Shown: positions 59,877 through 64,000 of the stretch, in pieces
Layout: each line of letters opens with the position of its first letter
Numbering within the stretch: the stretch's first letter is position 1
Assembly (NCBI GenBank): GCA_965218795.1
Contig: OZ244653.1
Coordinates: forward strand, 4,576,001 to 4,640,000
From: a bacterium
GTDB lineage: Bacteria; UBA8248; JACPRG01; G963555815
Direction of reading: 5' to 3'
DNA: 64,000 bases
The notes under the pieces: model-generated
The model's input: the letters and a program-made list of their open reading frames with translations, nothing else
Database searches by the model: none
Told to the model about the DNA's origin: nothing
Translations under genes and position numbers: made by a program

Positions 59877-60698
59877 ATGAAAGTCCGAGTGGCGGCGGCG
59901 CAGCCGCTGACCTTTCAAAAAGAACGGGAGCCGGAAAACTTGCCGGTGGCGCTGGATTACATCCGGCAGGCGGCGGAGGAGGGAGCCCATTTCATCTGCT
60001 TTCCGGAGGGCTATCCCGGCCCGTACTCCGGCGCCATGGATTTCGACCCGACCGGTGACTTGGCGGCGGCAGCCAGGAAGCACGGCATCTATGTGATCGC
60101 GGGCGGATTGGAAGAGGCCGGTCCCGACGCCTTCTACAACCTGCTGGATTTCTACTCGCCGGCCGGAGAAAGGCTCTACCGGTATCGGCGTTGCCAGAGC
60201 GCGGGGGACGGCGTGGATGTGCCGCTCTTCGGACGGCACATCCAGGAGGGGGGGGAACTCAAGGCGTTGGAGACGCCTTACGGCAACGTAGGGCTTCAGG
60301 TCTGCTCCGAGGTGTTTTCTCCCGAGATGTCCCGAGTGCTGGCGCTGGAGGGGGCGGACATAATTTTCTATCCCGCGGGCGGGATGTTCTACGAGGTTTC
60401 GGAATCGTGGCGGATTCTGGTCCGCGCCCGGGCCATCGAAAACTACGTGTACTCCGTGATGTGCCAGAACCTGTTCGGGATGGAGAGGGGGATCGCGGCG
60501 ATTGCCGCGCCGGAGGGATTGTTGGCCGAGGGGGACTCCCCTGGATTCGTTATCGCCGACCTCGACCTGGACCGGCTGAAATTCCTGCGGGAGACGAAAG
60601 AAGACCTCGTCATGCCCAAGCCGTACAAGACCATTCCAGGCCTGATGGATTCCTGGCGCAAGCCGGAGCTGTATGGGCGGATTGTGGAGCGGAATTAG
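59877..60698 (+). CDS. Carbon-nitrogen hydrolase (nitrilase superfamily)
   Basis: CFPEG, GLQVCSEVFSPE, RARAIEN. Confidence 0.88.
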   Translation: MKVRVAAAQPLTFQKEREPENLPVALDYIRQAAEEGAHFICFPEGYPGPYSGAMDFDPTGDLAAAARKHGIYVIAGGLEEAGPDAFYNLLDFYSPAGERLYRYRRCQSAGDGVDVPLFGRHIQEGGELKALETPYGNVGLQVCSEVFSPEMSRVLALEGADIIFYPAGGMFYEVSESWRILVRARAIENYVYSVMCQNLFGMERGIAAIAAPEGLLAEGDSPGFVIADLDLDRLKFLRETKEDLVMPKPYKTIPGLMDSWRKPELYGRIVERN

Positions 60699-60699
60699 A

Positions 60700-61120
60700 T
60701 TTCAGGACAATGCTGCGCTCCAATCCGAAATCGCTGCAAACGCTGATGACCATGACCTTGGCAAGACGAAAATTGCTTCCGATATCATGAAGAAACCGGA
60801 CAGGCTGTCTGATGACGAATGGAAGCTGATGAAGGCTCATTCCGGATGGGGGGTGGACATACGAAGAGGAAATGAAATTGAGGATCCGGTGATCATGGAA
60901 ATGACCCGCTTCCACCACGAACGATTGAATGGTCGAGGGCGCCCGGATGGTTTGAAGGAAAAAGCCGTAACTGATCTTGATGAAAGCCTCCGGAATCGTC
61001 GACTTCTTTGTCGCAATGACGACCGATTGGCCTTACGAACACACCCTTTCGATCTTCGATGCGATGAACAAGCTGAAGCGGGAGAACGCGAACGGCGAGC
61101 TTTTTTGATAAAGATCTGTT
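60700..61120 (+). pseudogene. HD-GYP phosphodiesterase fragment
   Basis: HDLGK..I...I.KKPDRLSDDEWKLMKAH, HHERLNGRGRPDGL, then a frameshift; no start. Confidence 0.75.
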
Positions 61121-61257
61121 CCAAGGGGATCCGTACGGATGATGGCGGAATAGGAGTGGCTATTTCGTTCAACGCCGGACACCTGAATCCAATCAAGGGT
61201 CCTGTTCATCCACCATCAAAGAACCTGGAGTTCAATCATCGTGAGACAGCTTTTACC

Positions 61258-62616
61258 TCAGCCGTCGGCCGCCTTTTGGACCAGCTTGAGCGCCATTTCA
61301 TTCTGCCGGGCGATCACTTCGTCCAGGTCGACGCCGAGGACCTCGCCCCGGTCGACCCTGAGCTCCCCGTTCACGAACGAGTAATCCACCTTCGGGACCC
61401 CGCAAAAGACCAGCGCGGCGATATAGTCGTGATTCGCCCCGGCAAACTGAATCTGGTTCAGGTTGACGCCGATTACGTCCGCCGCCTTGCCGGGCGCGAG
61501 GGTTCCGATGTCGTCCCGGCCGAGCACCGCCGCCCCGCCCTTGGTCCCCATTTTGAGGACGTCCCGCGCGGAGATGTCGGATTCCGAATAGCGGATTCGC
61601 TGGATCAAAAGACTCTGCCGCGCCTCGTTGAAAAGGTGGGAGCTGTCGTTGCTGGCGCTGCCGTCCACGCCGATGCCGACGTTCACGCCCGACCGCATCA
61701 TGTCCACCACCGGCGCGATGCCTGAGCTCAGGCGCATGTTGCTCACCGGACAATGCGCCACGCCGCCGCCCAGACCCGCCATCCGCTTGACCTCCGGGTC
61801 GTTCAGCCAGACGCTGTGGGCGTGGAAGCACCGTTCGTCCATCCATCCCACCTCCTCCATGAAGTCGAACGGACGCTTGCCGAAGTGCTGGGCGCAGTAC
61901 TCGTCCTCGTCTTTGGTTTCCGCCAGGTGCGTGTGGCATTGCACCCCCGGGTAGCTGTCGGCCATCTTCCTCGATTCGCGGTAGAGGTCTGCGCTGGCGT
62001 TGAAGGGCGCGCAGGGGCCGACGCAGATCCGCGTCATACCGTTCGGCTCCGCCTCATGCCACTCCTCGATGAGCGCCTGGGTGACCCGGTGAACGGCGTC
62101 ATCCTCTTCCACAATCTCGGGGTCGAGGTCGAATCCGGGGGAAAGGGCGCCCCGGGCCAGATGGAAGCGAAGACCGATTTCCTGCACCGCGCGAATTTCG
62201 TAAGAAGCGATCTCGGGCGAGGACTTCGGATGCACGTAGCAGTGATCCACGGCCGTCGTGCACCCGGACAGCAGCAACTCAACGGCAATCGTCCGGCCCG
62301 CGGACGCTGCCATTTCGTGATCCAAGTTGCGCCACACCCTGAAGTTTTCAATGATCCAGTCGAAGAGCTTCGCGTCCTGGGCCTGAGGCAGGTTGCGGGT
62401 CAGCGACTGGAAGAAGTGATGGTGGGTGTTGATCAAGCCCGGCATGAAGAGGTGTCCCCGCCCGTCGATCGTCCGATCCGGCTTCGCGTCGGCCGGAACC
62501 TCTTTCCCCATCGACTGGATCTGGTTGCCCTCGATCAATACGTAGGCCCCCTTGAGGGGCGCCTCCTCGACGTCCGTGACCAGCAGGTCGATATCCCGGA
62601 TCAGGGTTGTGCTCAT
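61258..62616 (-). CDS. 8-oxoguanine deaminase-like amidohydrolase
   Basis: INTHHHFFQSLTR, HTHLAET, AHCPVSNMRLSSG, GVDGSASND. Confidence 0.88.
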   Translation of the reverse strand: MSTTLIRDIDLLVTDVEEAPLKGAYVLIEGNQIQSMGKEVPADAKPDRTIDGRGHLFMPGLINTHHHFFQSLTRNLPQAQDAKLFDWIIENFRVWRNLDHEMAASAGRTIAVELLLSGCTTAVDHCYVHPKSSPEIASYEIRAVQEIGLRFHLARGALSPGFDLDPEIVEEDDAVHRVTQALIEEWHEAEPNGMTRICVGPCAPFNASADLYRESRKMADSYPGVQCHTHLAETKDEDEYCAQHFGKRPFDFMEEVGWMDERCFHAHSVWLNDPEVKRMAGLGGGVAHCPVSNMRLSSGIAPVVDMMRSGVNVGIGVDGSASNDSSHLFNEARQSLLIQRIRYSESDISARDVLKMGTKGGAAVLGRDDIGTLAPGKAADVIGVNLNQIQFAGANHDYIAALVFCGVPKVDYSFVNGELRVDRGEVLGVDLDEVIARQNEMALKLVQKAADG

Positions 62617-62623
62617 CGGTGCC

Positions 62624-63559
62624 TCAATCCTTTGTGTAGGGCAGGGTGATAGCCGCGGGCATGCGAGTGCTGCCGACGACCCCGGCGTACACCAGCAGCG
62701 TCAACAGATACGGCAGCATCCGAAGAATCTGAAATGAGACCGGGAAGCCCAAGGCTTCTATCCGCAGGCTCAACGCTTCAATAGCGCCGAACAGCAGGGC
62801 CACGCCCGCCGCCCGGTAAGGAAACCACTTGGCTACGATGACGATCGCCAGTGCGATGAATCCCCGGCCGCCCGTCATGCCTTCCACGAAGGAATCCAAC
62901 TGGCTGATCGACAGATAAGCGCCTCCGATTCCCGCCAGCATACCGGAAATGATGATGGTGAGGTATCGAACCCCCGGGACCGACACGCCCAGGCTGTCGG
63001 CGGCGCGGGGATATTCGCCGACGGCGTTGATGTGGAGGCCCCAGCGCGTCCGAAACAATATCCAACTGGCGATCGGCAGGATGAGGAACGCGAGGTAGGT
63101 GAGCGGCGTGTGATGAAAGAGGATCTCCCCAACCACGGGCAGGTCCGTCCATCCCTTGATGTTGATGGCCTGGAAGGCTGATACCTTTGGGTTCTTGCCG
63201 ATGCCCCACAGGGTCCGGCTGAGGAACGTGGTCAGCCCAAGTGCGGCGATATTCAGGGCGATGCCGGTCACGATCTGATCGCCCGCCAGCGACACGGCCA
63301 CGTAGGCCAGAAGGGCCGCGAATATCGCGCCCGCAACGATCGAGAACAGGACGCCCGCCCAGGGGCTGCCCGTGGCGAACGTTCCCGCCACTGCGGCGAA
63401 GGCCCCGAATAACATCATCCCCTCCAGGCCGATGTTGACCACTCCCGATCGCTCGGCGAACAGCTCGCCGACGCTCAGAAAGACCAGGGGGATGGAGAGC
63501 CGGATCGTCGCCGAGATGAAATCGACCGAAAAGAAGAGCTGTTCAATTGAGCCGAGCAT
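62624..63559 (-). CDS. ABC transporter permease, BMP/nucleoside type
   Basis: ERSGVVNIGLEG, GEYPRAADSLG, GGRGFIALA. Confidence 0.92.
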   Translation of the reverse strand: MLGSIEQLFFSVDFISATIRLSIPLVFLSVGELFAERSGVVNIGLEGMMLFGAFAAVAGTFATGSPWAGVLFSIVAGAIFAALLAYVAVSLAGDQIVTGIALNIAALGLTTFLSRTLWGIGKNPKVSAFQAINIKGWTDLPVVGEILFHHTPLTYLAFLILPIASWILFRTRWGLHINAVGEYPRAADSLGVSVPGVRYLTIIISGMLAGIGGAYLSISQLDSFVEGMTGGRGFIALAIVIVAKWFPYRAAGVALLFGAIEALSLRIEALGFPVSFQILRMLPYLLTLLVYAGVVGSTRMPAAITLPYTKD

Positions 63560-64000
63560 GCCGTAATTCCTGTCGTTTCAAGAGGACGCGCATCAGGTAT
63601 TGGGAAGAAGCCGCAATCAGCAAAACGATGGCCAGTCCCTGAACCACCTGAATGACCGCGGAGGGGACGCCCATCGTCTGTTGCAGGTTGTCGGAGCCTG
63701 AATCCAGCATCCCGAACAATAACGCGGCCAGGATCACGCCGAAGGGCTGGGTCCGCCCCACCAAGGCGACGGCGATCCCCGTGAATCCATAGCCGGGCGA
63801 GAAGAAATCGCTCAGGCGCAACTGGACGCCGTGGACTTCCGCGGTTCCCGCAAGCCCGGCCAACCCGCCGGCGAAAAACATCGCCAGGGTCGTTGTCCGA
63901 AGAACGCTGATGCCGACGAACCGGGCCGTGGAGACGCCGGCTCCCGTCGCCCGGATCTCGAATCCGACCCGGGTATGCCAAAGAAAGATGTACACGAGGA
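63543..64000 (-). CDS. ABC transporter permease, BMP/nucleoside type (5' end outside window)
   Basis: GFEIRATG, GLAGLAG, GYGFTGIAVALVG. Confidence 0.88.
   Translation of the reverse strand, partial: LVYIFLWHTRVGFEIRATGAGVSTARFVGISVLRTTTLAMFFAGGLAGLAGTAEVHGVQLRLSDFFSPGYGFTGIAVALVGRTQPFGVILAALLFGMLDSGSDNLQQTMGVPSAVIQVVQGLAIVLLIAASSQYLMRVLLKRQELRHARLN

Overview
GC-rich bacterial chromosomal segment made up mostly of catabolic and transport genes. These include BMP-type and NitT/TauT ABC transporters, TAXI-TRAP, tungstate TupABC, adenine and 8-oxoguanine-type deaminases, a PuuE-like deacetylase, creatininase, a nitrilase-family enzyme, SDRs and an LLM monooxygenase. The region carries much mobile-element damage: two apparently identical IS630 copies, an IS5, IS481 and IS1595 remnants, two RAYT remnants with REP-like palindromes, and a Mu-like prophage remnant. 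Most notable observations: (i) a promoter-preceded, pseudoknot-capable ~70-nt RNA candidate convergent with a MuF gene that carries a putative nuclease extension; (ii) a GntR operon with two SdhA/AprA/AsfA-like flavoprotein+ferredoxin pairs, a ComDE-like decarboxylase and a sulfonate-type ABC transporter; (iii) an MpaB/Lcp-like oxygenase gene split in frame by IS630, upstream of an MMPL/LolA-like/outer-membrane export module; (iv) a BglII-like restriction nuclease gene split by a passenger-carrying IS1595 with an 8-bp target duplication; (v) a three-domain Rid protein. All family assignments come from motif recognition by eye; no searches were run.
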